Source: a virus
Taxonomy: Duplodnaviria; Caudoviricetes
Length of the DNA stretch: 25,839 bases
Virus record (IMG/VR): IMGVR_UViG_3300020042_002992
Span: 1-25,839 of that record
Strand: one strand, 5' to 3'
In this document: one piece after another, positions 15,021 through 25,229 of the stretch
How the letters are laid out: each line of letters starts with the position of its first letter
Numbering within the stretch: the first letter of the stretch is position 1
The notes under the pieces: generated by a model
Database searches by the model: none
What the model was told of the DNA's origin: nothing
What the model saw: the letters and a program-made list of their open reading frames with translations, nothing else
Program-made: the position numbers and the translations under genes

Positions 15021-16283
15021 TTATCCTTTTTTAGGTGCTTTAAAACTTCTAATAATGTCTAACACACTTCCACCAGCAGGAGTAGAGGCTGGGGCTGCAG
15101 GGGTAGCTGCAGGTGCTTTTGGAGAAGCCGAAGCTTTTTCAGCTAAAGACTCTTTAAGAATACCTTGCAGTCTTCCATAGCTTGCTTTAATTTCAGCTAA
15201 GTTTTTAGCAAGTTCTGCTTTATCTAAACCTTGATCTAATGATGCAATTGTTTTTTGTAAGAACTCAATTTCCTTAACAGCAACTTGACCTAATGCACCA
15301 CCAGTTGGTGAAGCATCTCTCATAGCTTGTAATCTGTCAAAGCCTAAGTTAGCTTGAATTGTATTAAGTGTATTTTTAAGAGTGTAAGCATCTGTACCAG
15401 GAATCTTAGAAGCACCAATACCCACTAAACCAACAGTTTTATCAGATATTTGTGAAAGAGCTTTATCAACAGTCTTATCAACAAGATTTACAGAAGCTAA
15501 TTGATTATTAATCTTAGTAACTTCTCTCTTCTCTTTATCGATTGCCTTATCAGCTGCAGGAGTACCTGGAAGAGGTTCATAAGCACCAGTCTCAGGATTT
15601 CTTTGAAATTGACTCATACCTGATGCTTTAATTGGGAAAAGTCTATCAATAGTTTGTTGTGCAATTTTCTTTTGATCCATTGAAGCATTTGGATCATTTA
15701 ATGTAGCGTTTGCTTCAGCATACTGAGCATCTGTAGATTGTTTCTCTGTAGAAAGTTTTCCTACTTCTCCACCAAAAGCTTTAACACGAAGCTTTAATGA
15801 TTCATTAGTAGGATCGGCTGCTAAAGCTGTTTCCGCAGCAGTTAAGTTATCTAAAGCTTTTTCTAAGTTAGATTTTTTACCTTCTTTTTCAGTAAGAGCT
15901 TTTTTAATTTCTACTTGAGTCTTAGCGTCAGTTAATGCTAAGTCAGCTCTTTGAGAAATAGCATATTGACCTAATTGAAGAGCTTCTTCAGGTAAGTCGT
16001 ATGCTTTAAAAGTCTCAATAAGTTTTGGATATAGAACATTAGGGTTTTGTAAATCTTCAGGATTTAATTGACTTTGAGCTTCTGAAAGAGCTTGTCTAAC
16101 TTTTTTAGCTCTCACTAAAGCAGGATCTTCAATACCAAATAATGATCCTAGTTCTCTTGCACCTTTAGTAATGAGAACTCTTCCAAGACCACCTCTAGTA
16201 TCCCTAGTATCTATTCCTTGTTGGACTTCCTCAGGAGAAGGTCCTAATATATCACCAAATAAACCTTTAACAACATTAGCCAT
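15021..16283 (-). CDS. internal virion / DNA ejection protein
   Basis: 420 aa, helical and A/K/Q-rich; position between the other ejection genes. Confidence 0.6.
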   Translation of the reverse strand: MANVVKGLFGDILGPSPEEVQQGIDTRDTRGGLGRVLITKGARELGSLFGIEDPALVRAKKVRQALSEAQSQLNPEDLQNPNVLYPKLIETFKAYDLPEEALQLGQYAISQRADLALTDAKTQVEIKKALTEKEGKKSNLEKALDNLTAAETALAADPTNESLKLRVKAFGGEVGKLSTEKQSTDAQYAEANATLNDPNASMDQKKIAQQTIDRLFPIKASGMSQFQRNPETGAYEPLPGTPAADKAIDKEKREVTKINNQLASVNLVDKTVDKALSQISDKTVGLVGIGASKIPGTDAYTLKNTLNTIQANLGFDRLQAMRDASPTGGALGQVAVKEIEFLQKTIASLDQGLDKAELAKNLAEIKASYGRLQGILKESLAEKASASPKAPAATPAAPASTPAGGSVLDIIRSFKAPKKG

Positions 16284-16285
16284 GA

Positions 16286-17038
16286 TTAACCTCCTCCTAG
16301 TAAACTACCCCAAAAACCAAGATTTTGTCCATAACCTTGTTGTTGTGCTCCTACAATTCTACCACCAGCTTCAGCACCAGCTTGTCCTAATTGAACAGAT
16401 GGGGCAATGTAAGGATTAACAGCACCAAATAAACTTGTACCATAACCAAGAAGATTAGCTGAAGTTGCATAAGGAGCTGTTTTAAGCTCTTGACCAGTGC
16501 CATAGAAACCTAAAGCATTTCTAAGATCATCAATCTGTTGTTGTCTTGCTCTATCTTCAGCACCTAAATAGATATTTCTATTAGCTTCTTCTCTTGCTTT
16601 AAATAAAGCATACTGTTCAGGGTTAATATAACCACCACCACCAACTCCAACGCCAGCTCCTGTACGACCTTGCGAGAATAATGTATTAGCTAAAGTAACA
16701 TTCTCTTGTTCTCTTTGTGGCTCCATGCCAGCAAGAACTTGATTATAATAGTCTCTAGTCTTAGCACCAATGTCTACACCAGCACCTCTAGTAAACAAAC
16801 CTTTACCTAAATTAGATACATCAGTAGCAAAGCCCATTTGCTCTTCTGATGGTAAAGCTTCAGTAGCAGCTCCAGTAAATCTAGCATATAAAGCTTGAAG
16901 TTCAGGAGAAAGTTCAATTGTGCCAGTTTTTCCTTGGTAAGAGATACCACCTGCTGGTCCTTTAATACTATATGGTTGAAACTCTGCTTGACTATAATCA
17001 GGCTTATCTCCACCAAAGAAATCTGTAATAAAACTCAT
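16286..17038 (-). CDS. internal virion / DNA ejection protein (small, G/A/Q-rich)
   Basis: 250 aa with Gly-rich hydrophobic termini; follows the GNAT-like gene as in podovirus tail-core operons. Confidence 0.6.
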   Translation of the reverse strand: MSFITDFFGGDKPDYSQAEFQPYSIKGPAGGISYQGKTGTIELSPELQALYARFTGAATEALPSEEQMGFATDVSNLGKGLFTRGAGVDIGAKTRDYYNQVLAGMEPQREQENVTLANTLFSQGRTGAGVGVGGGGYINPEQYALFKAREEANRNIYLGAEDRARQQQIDDLRNALGFYGTGQELKTAPYATSANLLGYGTSLFGAVNPYIAPSVQLGQAGAEAGGRIVGAQQQGYGQNLGFWGSLLGGG

Positions 17039-17039
17039 A

Positions 17040-17399
17040 TTATACCTCTGTCTTTATATAATTAATAACATCTTTAGTTCTTCCAACCTCTTTAAATCCT
17101 AGTCTTTCTACAAATTCTTTTGTATCAATGTAAGTAGATGTTTCTGCTTTACCATATTTAAGAATAATATTCTTACAAAGTCTTTTATACATCTTCATTG
17201 GGAACCATTTTCCACTAGCTTCAGGGAGACATCCACAATGTATTCTGTTACCTTTAGTCATGAATATAGCAACTACCTTGTCTTCTTTGTACACTGGGTA
17301 ATATTCCCAAGTAGCTGCTTCTTCTAAGAACTTCTTTTTATTTTCTTTAGGGCTTCCATATATTCTATATAGAAGGTTTACATATTCTATCTTACTCAT
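17040..17399 (-). CDS. GNAT acetyltransferase-like protein (T7 gp13-like position)
   Basis: IHCGCLPEASGK...FVERLGFKEVG; ATG 17399 gives a TAATG overlap with the upstream stop. Confidence 0.55.
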   Translation of the reverse strand: MSKIEYVNLLYRIYGSPKENKKKFLEEAATWEYYPVYKEDKVVAIFMTKGNRIHCGCLPEASGKWFPMKMYKRLCKNIILKYGKAETSTYIDTKEFVERLGFKEVGRTKDVINYIKTEV

Positions 17400-18085
17400 T
17401 AACTCTTCATAATGTAACATAAAGCATAGTACGGAGGTAAGTTAGCATTAGTACCACTTACACCTTCAGTAGAAATAGTTGCTGTATGAGTATGGGAACC
17501 ATCAAAGTTAATAGTTCTACCAGGTCTACTTTCACCACCATCACCATCTACTTGGTAATTTGTTTGAGAAAACACACCAGTTGTACTACCATTGCCACCA
17601 CCACTAGCATATTGGTCTGTAATAGAACCAGTAAGTGATGTTGTAGCAACTGTTGCAGTATGAGTATGTGATACGACTACAGCATTTGCACTACCACCAG
17701 TAGCACCAACTGCATAAGTAGAACCAGCACCAACAACAAATCTATTTCTTAAATCAGGAGTTGAGTTTGATCCATTACATAATACCCAACCTGTAGGTAT
17801 AGTTGCAGAACTACCTGACCAAATAATAATACCACCTGAAGGAAAAAGAGTAGCCGCTACAAATTCTGTTGTAGCAAGTTGAGTTGTACTAGTTCCTGAA
17901 GCTGCTGTTGGAGCCGTAGGAGTACCAGTAAAAGCTGGAGAAATAGAATTAGCTTTACTATTTACTGCTGTTTGTAAAGCATTAAACTCAGTATCAAACT
18001 CTGAACCTTTAATAATCTTAGCAGGATCTCCTGTTGCTAAAGAATCTTTTGCTAAGAAATTGGTTGCTTTGGTATAGTTTGCCAT
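17399..18085 (-). CDS. short tail fibre / tail-collar domain protein
   Basis: GGIIIWSG..IPTGWVLCNG...TPDLRNRFVVGAG collar motif; HTH metal-binding repeats; NLPPYYALCYIMK terminus. Confidence 0.8.
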   Translation of the reverse strand: MANYTKATNFLAKDSLATGDPAKIIKGSEFDTEFNALQTAVNSKANSISPAFTGTPTAPTAASGTSTTQLATTEFVAATLFPSGGIIIWSGSSATIPTGWVLCNGSNSTPDLRNRFVVGAGSTYAVGATGGSANAVVVSHTHTATVATTSLTGSITDQYASGGGNGSTTGVFSQTNYQVDGDGGESRPGRTINFDGSHTHTATISTEGVSGTNANLPPYYALCYIMKS

Positions 18086-19899
18086 TATATCATTTTCCCT
18101 GTTTGTAAATAGACATCTATTTTTTGAATAGACACTGGATTATCGTTAATCTCTGATTCAACTCCAAATTGTATTACTTTTCCTGATCCACCTAAAGGCA
18201 CTGAGATTGTATTAACACCAATACCTACTGAAGAATACTTAGCAATATTATACTCAAAAGTGGTATTAAAAGTACTATATATTCCTGAACCTAAACTTCT
18301 ATTAATAGGTTGTGTTGTATAGTTTAATGTATAGTCATAACCATACTTAAATGAAAAGTCTTGATCACCAGTACCTATAATAACTAATGAAGCTTTCTTT
18401 AACATCTTATTAGTTGTAGCACTACCTAAGTCAGAACTAGATGTATAATAAGTCATATTATATGTTGTAGTTCCATCTAAATAACCATTGTATTTAGCAA
18501 TCTTACCAGGAAGTCCAATTAGGAGTTCTCTGTCTTCTGTAGAGCAAAACGCTGTATAAGGTACACCATCAGTGCTATTCCATAAAGTACTTCTAGCTGC
18601 CCCATTTTGAAGGACTTGCCTTAAATCAAAATAAACTGTAACTTTAGAACCTGGGAATGTTATAAGATAAAAAGCATCTTTTTCATAATAGGCACTTCTA
18701 ATATTATTCGTAGTTTCTACAGCTAAATAGCCAACTAAGTCATCTCTAATGTTAAGAGATAGTTCACGAAGTGGCATTGTGTTTTCTTGTACTGTTCTGT
18801 TAAAGCTTCTTACACCACTCTTAGATAAGAATATTAAGTCATTACCAGTATTTTGTACTGAATCTCTTGCAATACATCCAACACCTTTAATAGTATCAGC
18901 TAATGTCATTGTTGTAGGATCATTAGCACCTTGATAAACTACAATGTTATTCTTACAAAAGATAACTAAATATTTATTATGATAAGCTATAGATACAATC
19001 TCATCATTATTACCAATAACAGAACTAATATCTAATAGACCTGAACCAGTGCCAGTAAAATGAGCACCATCTAAAAGAGCACTATAATAAATAGTTTGTT
19101 TATGGCTTGTAAGACTTGCTACCCATATTCTACCAAAGGCTGCTAGTACACAATCAGGATCAAATGTAGTTACTCCTGAAGGTTTAGATCCATAATCACC
19201 AACTCTTTGCCATATAAATGGACCTGAGTGAGATGATTTTCTCCACACTAAAAATGGATTACCAATCTGTGCAGCAAATCCATAAGATGATGCTGAGATA
19301 CCACTACCTTCTGCTAAAGAAGCAAACTGCCATCTATCATCTATAGGGCTAATAGGTGAGGGAGTAGTTTGGTTAGCTGCTTTAGGAATGTGCTCTGTTA
19401 GAGTCTCAGTTCCTGTAAATAGTTTACCACCACCAGCAGATAGATAAGTTATAGTACCATCTACCTCTTTAAATTCAAATATAGATCCAATAGCATTTGA
19501 TGAGCCTAACGCATTAGATGCAGTTATAGCTGTACTTGAAACTGTTTGAGATACACTTACTGTATAATTACCTACTCCGCCTGTACCTGTACCTAAAGCA
19601 GTAATAGTAGTTCCTACAGTAACTCCAGTACCTGATAACACTACACCAACTGATAATGCTCCTGAAGTAACTGCTGATACAGTTAAAGTAGTAGTTGAGA
19701 TACTTCCTGTAACAACTGCATTAGTAGCATTTGTAACAGCATCCCAACCTTTTCTAGCACCAAGTCTACCATATTTATCTATGATACAATTAGTTGCTAT
19801 AGAAGCATACCCACTTTCAAGCGTAACAGAAGAATCTTGGGTGTTTAAACCCATGAATCCTGGTGCTGAAATGGATGTAGTTTTTAAGGTTCCAGCCAT
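18085..19899 (-). CDS. tail tubular protein B / nozzle (T7 gp12 / P22 gp10-like)
   Basis: 604 aa, beta-rich; GCIARDS...[11 protein letters not shown] pattern; directly follows the adaptor gene. Confidence 0.7.
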   Translation of the reverse strand: MAGTLKTTSISAPGFMGLNTQDSSVTLESGYASIATNCIIDKYGRLGARKGWDAVTNATNAVVTGSISTTTLTVSAVTSGALSVGVVLSGTGVTVGTTITALGTGTGGVGNYTVSVSQTVSSTAITASNALGSSNAIGSIFEFKEVDGTITYLSAGGGKLFTGTETLTEHIPKAANQTTPSPISPIDDRWQFASLAEGSGISASSYGFAAQIGNPFLVWRKSSHSGPFIWQRVGDYGSKPSGVTTFDPDCVLAAFGRIWVASLTSHKQTIYYSALLDGAHFTGTGSGLLDISSVIGNNDEIVSIAYHNKYLVIFCKNNIVVYQGANDPTTMTLADTIKGVGCIARDSVQNTGNDLIFLSKSGVRSFNRTVQENTMPLRELSLNIRDDLVGYLAVETTNNIRSAYYEKDAFYLITFPGSKVTVYFDLRQVLQNGAARSTLWNSTDGVPYTAFCSTEDRELLIGLPGKIAKYNGYLDGTTTYNMTYYTSSSDLGSATTNKMLKKASLVIIGTGDQDFSFKYGYDYTLNYTTQPINRSLGSGIYSTFNTTFEYNIAKYSSVGIGVNTISVPLGGSGKVIQFGVESEINDNPVSIQKIDVYLQTGKMI

Positions 19900-19900
19900 A

Positions 19901-20542
19901 TTAACTAGGATACCAAGTAGTTTCGTCTACTCTTTGACCATTCTCAATAGCAATAAGGTCAGCTAACATATTTCTATAACGCATCTCTTGGTCTTGATTA
20001 CCACCATCTTCACCTCTTTCAGCAATTGCTCTAGCAAGTGTTGCTTCAATAAGAAGCGTATAAGGTATTTGTACTACTTCAGTGTCAAGAGTTAAGTCAT
20101 CTTGTGGCATAACTACATTAAAGCGTAATGTGTAAACAGCGTCAGGTATAGGGAATACATCTACTTGAGAATCACCATAGACAGTAACACCATTAAAATT
20201 GTAGTATATTGGACTACCTTTTTGTGGATCTGCTAATAATAGATGAGCTTCAAACCATCTACCATCTCTTGGTTGCATAAAGTAATTATCTGTATCATTA
20301 ATAACTTCTAAAACTCTAAAGCGAGTTCCAGCACCACGAAGGACATAGTTGAATAGATCAGGAGCAGTGGTAGCTGTAAGAGTTGTTCTTAAAACAGACC
20401 AGTTCCAAGCATCTTCTATCTCTCGTTTGGATACATTAACAAGTTCACCAATAAGAGCACTATATGAGTTTTCACTCACAGAGGCTACAGTTGGTTCTCT
20501 TAATCTTCGTAAAACCTTATTGACAACTTCTAAATAAGTCAT
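19901..20542 (-). CDS. tail tubular protein A / head-tail adaptor (T7 gp11-like)
   Basis: [16 protein letters not shown]...WNW...FPIPD; size and position. Confidence 0.75.
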   Translation of the reverse strand: MTYLEVVNKVLRRLREPTVASVSENSYSALIGELVNVSKREIEDAWNWSVLRTTLTATTAPDLFNYVLRGAGTRFRVLEVINDTDNYFMQPRDGRWFEAHLLLADPQKGSPIYYNFNGVTVYGDSQVDVFPIPDAVYTLRFNVVMPQDDLTLDTEVVQIPYTLLIEATLARAIAERGEDGGNQDQEMRYRNMLADLIAIENGQRVDETTWYPS

Positions 20543-20568
20543 GTATTATTTTCCCAGTATATATAACA

Positions 20569-20597
20569 ATTATACCATAATTATGGTTTAATGTCAA
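20569..20597 (-). promoter_or_regulatory. full-consensus sigma70 promoter for tail/ejection genes, with a palindromic spacer
   Basis: - strand TTGACA (20597-20592), 17 bp, TG-G-TATAAT (20577-20569); palindrome ACCATAATTATGGT at 20574-20587. Confidence 0.85.
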
Positions 20598-20894
20598 CTA
20601 CTTCTTTTTGTTTTTATTTCTGTTAGATATTGCTTTAGCTTTAGCCTTTGCATCTGCTTTAGAAGAAGCACCCCAAGCTTTAAGAGATAGTAGTAATCTT
20701 GTAGGCTCTCCATTAGGTTTCTTTTCAGGTCCTGGCATACCACCCATACGAGCTAAGAAAGAAGCTCTACGAGGGTTATCACCAGCTTTAACAGGGGCTT
20801 TTAAAGTGCCTCCTGTATAACTAGCTCTTCCTTTGGCATTCAACCCACCTTTAGGATTCTTGCCTTCTTTTCTTGTCCACGCTGGAGTACTCAT
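20598..20894 (-). CDS. small basic phage protein (DUF6321-like)
   Basis: PAWTRKEGKNPKGGLNAKGRAS...RRASFLARM...SLKAW; family name recalled, not searched. Confidence 0.7.
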   Translation of the reverse strand: MSTPAWTRKEGKNPKGGLNAKGRASYTGGTLKAPVKAGDNPRRASFLARMGGMPGPEKKPNGEPTRLLLSLKAWGASSKADAKAKAKAISNRNKNKKK

Positions 20895-21004
20895 TTCTTT
20901 TTAGGTTTAACAACCATTTTTTTACCTGATTTCTTAGCTGCTTTTTTAGCTGCTTCCATACCAGTCTTAGTGTAGCTATATTTTTTTCCGTTTACCATTG
21001 GCAT
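20891..21004 (-). CDS. 37-aa lysine-rich peptide MPMVNGKKYSYTKTGMEAAKKAAKKSGKKMVVKPKKK
   Basis: Hand translation; SD AAGGA; ATGA overlap with the downstream gene. Confidence 0.75.
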   Translation of the reverse strand: MPMVNGKKYSYTKTGMEAAKKAAKKSGKKMVVKPKKK

Positions 21005-21016
21005 AATATTTTCCTT

Positions 21017-21451
21017 TTAGTTAAAGTTTCTTTTACCTTTATTATCTATTACTAAGGCTTGTTTTCTAGGGGTACTGCCTTTAACAGTTGGAATAGATAT
21101 GTGTACCCAACTATCAAATTCTAATATAACCTGATCGTAAGGAATATCAGCAGTAACAATGGCTCTAACCACAGCATCAGGAGACATTCCCTTGACATTA
21201 AAGTCAGCTGCACACCCCTCACAATGTTGAGATGTTTTAGATCCACCCACTGATTCATTAACTTCCTTTGATCTATATCCTGAACTTATGGATATGGGTT
21301 TATTAACCACTTTACGGACTTGTTCTAAAAATAAAGCAAGTCTTTCTAAATTATCTTTTACTTTAGCAGAGGGTGTATTGTCTACTCCTCTTCTACTTGC
21401 TACTTGACTAAATGTAAGTTCTTCTAAACTAAAGTTAGGAGTTAATTTCAT
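21017..21451 (-). CDS. endolysin, peptidase M15A (Zn D-Ala-D-Ala peptidase fold)
   Basis: ISSGYRS...VGGSKTSQHCEGCAAD...WVHIS. Confidence 0.9.
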   Translation of the reverse strand: MKLTPNFSLEELTFSQVASRRGVDNTPSAKVKDNLERLALFLEQVRKVVNKPISISSGYRSKEVNESVGGSKTSQHCEGCAADFNVKGMSPDAVVRAIVTADIPYDQVILEFDSWVHISIPTVKGSTPRKQALVIDNKGKRNFN

Positions 21452-21813
21452 TTCTTCTTAATATAGAACAAACTGCGTTCTCCAAAGAGATAGAATCCAA
21501 CTGCACTAGCAAAGTTATTAACCTCATCACTTGGTTGTCCACTACATATCGTATATACCCATGTAGAAAGCACAAGAACCCCTATTATAGGACGCATCAG
21601 TCTAACTATGGCTTCTACCCAAGGGTAAGACGGATTACCTGCCCCAACCTCATTCATAACCTTAAAGAACTCTAAATCTATACTCTTCATTTGAGTATAT
21701 TGTTCAATAGTAGCTGGTTTAAACACATCGGGTGCTACAAACTTATTAATAAGAGACTTACCTAAATCCATAGCTACAGGTAAGAATGCAGATAATATGG
21801 TTATTGGATCCAT
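21448..21813 (-). CDS. putative holin
   Basis: Hydrophobic N-terminus, two C-terminal hydrophobic segments after RP, basic tail; overlaps the endolysin start. Confidence 0.65.
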   Translation of the reverse strand: MDPITILSAFLPVAMDLGKSLINKFVAPDVFKPATIEQYTQMKSIDLEFFKVMNEVGAGNPSYPWVEAIVRLMRPIIGVLVLSTWVYTICSGQPSDEVNNFASAVGFYLFGERSLFYIKKK

Positions 21814-22151
21814 TAAAATTCCTCTAAATTAAAGTTATGCTCATCACAAACCATCTTTGAATACTTTTTAAACTTAACTGAGTGCTTATCATAATCCGTA
21901 TGCCCACTATTCCATAACATACAATGGACCATTTCGTGCATAAGGGTCTCAGATACTTTTAAAAAAGAATCATTAGCAATGTCTACTTCTATTCTTGTAG
22001 GGTAAGTGTGAAAGTACCCTAACACTTCTCCCTTTGTATCCATCACTCCAAAGCCCACTTTATGAGGTGCTGGCATTGGGTATAGATTAAAGGGTGGTAG
22101 TTTAACAAAACAGGCATAGAGTTTACGCAAGTTTTGTTTAGTTAATAGCAT
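21813..22151 (-). CDS. SprT-like zincin metallopeptidase
   Basis: ETLMHEMVH motif followed by a downstream H...F. Confidence 0.7.
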   Translation of the reverse strand: MLLTKQNLRKLYACFVKLPPFNLYPMPAPHKVGFGVMDTKGEVLGYFHTYPTRIEVDIANDSFLKVSETLMHEMVHCMLWNSGHTDYDKHSVKFKKYSKMVCDEHNFNLEEF

Positions 22152-22152
22152 C

Positions 22153-22320
22153 TTAAAAGAATTTATGTGTTAGTAAAAAAACAATAACGAACCCTGCTGT
22201 TCCTAAAAGTATTTGCTCTAGTCTTTTAAGACGAGCATTAATTGACTCATAACGAAAAGCACATACTTCTTCATGCGTACTTAGTCTTGACTCAACTTCA
22301 TTTACATTATGCTTAACCAT
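22153..22320 (-). CDS. 55-aa coiled-coil + C-terminal TM peptide (XhlA-like lysis/membrane protein)
   Basis: Hand translation MVKHNVNEVESRLSTHEEVCAFRYESINARLKRLEQILLGTAGFVIVFLLTHKFF; SD GGAG. Confidence 0.7.
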   Translation of the reverse strand: MVKHNVNEVESRLSTHEEVCAFRYESINARLKRLEQILLGTAGFVIVFLLTHKFF

Positions 22321-22322
22321 TA

Positions 22323-22850
22323 CTAACTCCAATTTTGATTATTAAGTACTGTAATAAGCTCTTCTACAGTAGTTGATGCTTGTATATCAACTTCTAATCT
22401 ATTTGACTCTGTGATGATTTGTGTGCGTTCTAAAGCTACTTTTGCAGGGATCTCTATAGCTCTTTCAGCTTTACGAATAACATACCAATCGGTAGAATTT
22501 AGTAGTTTACCTGCTGTATCTTTAACTTGAGCTACAAATTGACTTTTAAGTCCTTTAGTTACCACTTGTTCTGTAGTGTCAACCATAGACTCTGTAGCTT
22601 TGTCATACACTTGTTTGTAGAGTGGTGAGCCATCTTCTTTAACTTCAAGTTTATCTTCAAGAGCTTTAGGTAAGTCTGTGTCCCAGTAGAATCTTGAGTC
22701 AAATGGTGCTGGGTCTGCTACCCATGTAATGCCAATAGCTGCTTTTTGTTCTTCTGTAGAAGTGTTAAGCCATTGTGGTGGGTATTGTGTTCCATTAGCA
22801 TCATAAAAGGAGGTTCCCTCTGCTAATCTATTTCCGTTTAATAAAAACAT
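22323..22850 (-). CDS. tail fibre assembly chaperone-like protein
   Basis: Directly downstream of the fibre gene; LLNSTDWYVIR motif; SD AGGAG. Confidence 0.6.
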   Translation of the reverse strand: MFLLNGNRLAEGTSFYDANGTQYPPQWLNTSTEEQKAAIGITWVADPAPFDSRFYWDTDLPKALEDKLEVKEDGSPLYKQVYDKATESMVDTTEQVVTKGLKSQFVAQVKDTAGKLLNSTDWYVIRKAERAIEIPAKVALERTQIITESNRLEVDIQASTTVEELITVLNNQNWS

Positions 22851-22862
22851 AGTTTTCTCCTG

Positions 22863-25229
22863 TTATCTTGCGTTAGCGTTTTTAAATGGGTTTTCTGCAA
22901 ATGCCATGTATATAAATGTTTGACCTGAACCATTACTACCTGCGTCTGTGCTTCTCCATTTAAAACCATTACTTAAAAAATCACAAGCATCAGAAGTTCC
23001 TTCTGCATTAGATAAATTAGGTAATAAATATGAATTTGTTACATTATAAGTATTTCTTGAAGAATCAAATACAGACCAATTTCTTGCGCCATCAGTAGAG
23101 CTTTTCCATAATATAAATTTAGGTCTAAATCCTGTATATACAAACGGCCCATCAGCAGAACCATTACCTGTGTAAGAACCAAACTTACTAAACCCTGCTA
23201 TTTCTGCCCAACAATAGGCTACATATTTTTCACCATTTGCACCTACATTACCTTCTAAACCATTTACAGAAAATACAGTACTTGTTGGTGCAGTATTATT
23301 CCAATAAGATGTTGAAGTTGCTGCGGCAGCAGTTGTGTTTAATATGAGATATTGATTAGTTGCTAAAGAGCCATGATATACAGGCCAGGGTCTGCCAATG
23401 TCCCTATCTTTAAGAATAATTAATTTAGGTGCAACCCCAAGTCCATGACCGATAGTCATAGCTCCACCATTACCTGTGTAAAGAACAATACTAAACCCAG
23501 CAGTTGCGTTTACAGATACAGTACTCGTGATGGTACCACTCGTGTTAGATGATGTTGTTCCTTGACCAGCTTGCCATTGCCAGCCTACATAAGTATCACC
23601 ATTAAGATTCCATCCATAATAAGCATCAACAGTATCAGCACCTAATGTAAATCCGTTTGAAGCAAAACCAACACCTTGTGCATCATAAATTTCTGCATTA
23701 GTTTGGTTAGAGGATAATTGATAACCAGCACCACGAACAGAGTCAGCTAAAATATGCCATGTTGCTCCACTACTTCTTGACTTTACCCATACTAAATCAG
23801 TTTTAAAGGAGCCAGCATTAGTTACTGTGCGACTAGCACCATTTCCCGTATATAGCGTTGCATCCATCACAGTGGAACCTTTTTTGATAGTGCTATCAGG
23901 TAGGTTATATGTGTTTAGTCTTACAAAGCCTGTAGGTGGTGTGTATAAGAATGGTCGTTGTCCAAAGTTTACTTGATGCCCTGCACTTATGTAGCCATAA
24001 AAAAATACAGTCCATTGTATCCCAGCTAAATTGCTGAAGGCAGTTCCTTGACTTGTCCCATTTTTATAAAAAACTATTGTGCCAGCATCCATATCAACAG
24101 CAACGCCTAATGTATCACCAGCAGCCCAAGATGCACCATAAGATGAAGATGTGCCGTTACTTTCTTTTATTCCTGTTTTTCTATAGGCTCTATAAATTCC
24201 GCCAGAAGTAAAAGTAGTTCCAGTTTGGTCAGTCGTAATACCAATCCAATTATCTGTGCCTGTTGCAGAGCAATAGGTTTCCCAATACCATTTACCACTC
24301 AAAGGTAGTTGAATTGTTGCTTTAGGGCAAACTTCCCCACCCCCACTACTAAAGTCTAAATTACCAGCAGTAGGTGCTACAGCAGATTGCAATGGGTTTA
24401 ATACAGCATAATTAGCCACAGTTGCACTTGTTAGCGTAGGACTGTCTATCATAGCATCATAGGTTGTGCCAGCAGTTACAGATATGTTATTAGTAGTCCA
24501 GTAGTTAGCATTCCCACTAAAGTCTTTACCTAGACCTGCATTAGAACCTGATGTAGTAGCTATGTCAGAGAATTTAAGGTAGAAGCCATTAGTGCCATAA
24601 GTGCCAGAGTATGCTTTAGGTTTCCATACACCTGTAGTTGTATCTGTTTCACCGAATGATGATGGTGTTAGGGCTTGTCCATCTACAAAGTTTAACTCTG
24701 ATAGATAACCATCAAGATAAAATACTCCAGAGTTTTCTCTACCAATAGTATGAACAGATGCTTGATTTATTCCTTGGTCAGAGTTTTGAGCAATTTGAGC
24801 AGATATATTATTAGTAGCAAAATCTGTTACTTGACTTCCATTAATATATAATTTTAATCTATTATTTGCAGTAGCTTGTGTTGTATCCATTGTAATAACA
24901 ATATGATACCAAGCTGAAGGGTCACGAAATACTTGTGTTGTAGTCAGAATGCTTGTGGATGCGTTTCCTATATATAAAGCATTACTTGTTTCAAATCTTA
25001 CAAGAAAATATGTTGTATTTGTTGCTGAACCATAGCAATGCCATAAAGCATCATTACCATTTAAATTTCCTCTTTTAAACCAAGTGCTCCATGTCCAAGT
25101 TTTTCTATTCCCAGCACTTGCTGGAGTTCTTGATAAATAAGCAGATGCACTACTTCTAAAGCGAAGTGAGTTATTTATGTCATAGCCACCAGCAGTACTG
25201 ATAGCATTACTATTATTTAAAATAGCCAT
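22863..25229 (-). CDS. tail fibre / receptor-binding protein with ConA/LamG-like, SPRY-like and YTGNG-repeat domains
   Basis: WTWSTWFKR...WYHIV...KLYING (LamG-like); GKWYWE...GDTLGVAVDMDAGTIVFYKNG (SPRY-like); three YTGNG motifs. Confidence 0.75.
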   Translation of the reverse strand: MAILNNSNAISTAGGYDINNSLRFRSSASAYLSRTPASAGNRKTWTWSTWFKRGNLNGNDALWHCYGSATNTTYFLVRFETSNALYIGNASTSILTTTQVFRDPSAWYHIVITMDTTQATANNRLKLYINGSQVTDFATNNISAQIAQNSDQGINQASVHTIGRENSGVFYLDGYLSELNFVDGQALTPSSFGETDTTTGVWKPKAYSGTYGTNGFYLKFSDIATTSGSNAGLGKDFSGNANYWTTNNISVTAGTTYDAMIDSPTLTSATVANYAVLNPLQSAVAPTAGNLDFSSGGGEVCPKATIQLPLSGKWYWETYCSATGTDNWIGITTDQTGTTFTSGGIYRAYRKTGIKESNGTSSSYGASWAAGDTLGVAVDMDAGTIVFYKNGTSQGTAFSNLAGIQWTVFFYGYISAGHQVNFGQRPFLYTPPTGFVRLNTYNLPDSTIKKGSTVMDATLYTGNGASRTVTNAGSFKTDLVWVKSRSSGATWHILADSVRGAGYQLSSNQTNAEIYDAQGVGFASNGFTLGADTVDAYYGWNLNGDTYVGWQWQAGQGTTSSNTSGTITSTVSVNATAGFSIVLYTGNGGAMTIGHGLGVAPKLIILKDRDIGRPWPVYHGSLATNQYLILNTTAAAATSTSYWNNTAPTSTVFSVNGLEGNVGANGEKYVAYCWAEIAGFSKFGSYTGNGSADGPFVYTGFRPKFILWKSSTDGARNWSVFDSSRNTYNVTNSYLLPNLSNAEGTSDACDFLSNGFKWRSTDAGSNGSGQTFIYMAFAENPFKNANAR

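Noticed and set aside
13217-20820. + strand and alternate-frame ORFs within the structural arm (13217, 14030, 16171, 16807, 18749, 19781, 20349, 20608)
   Set aside because: Shadow ORFs of - strand genes; 13217 starts inside the terminator hairpin.
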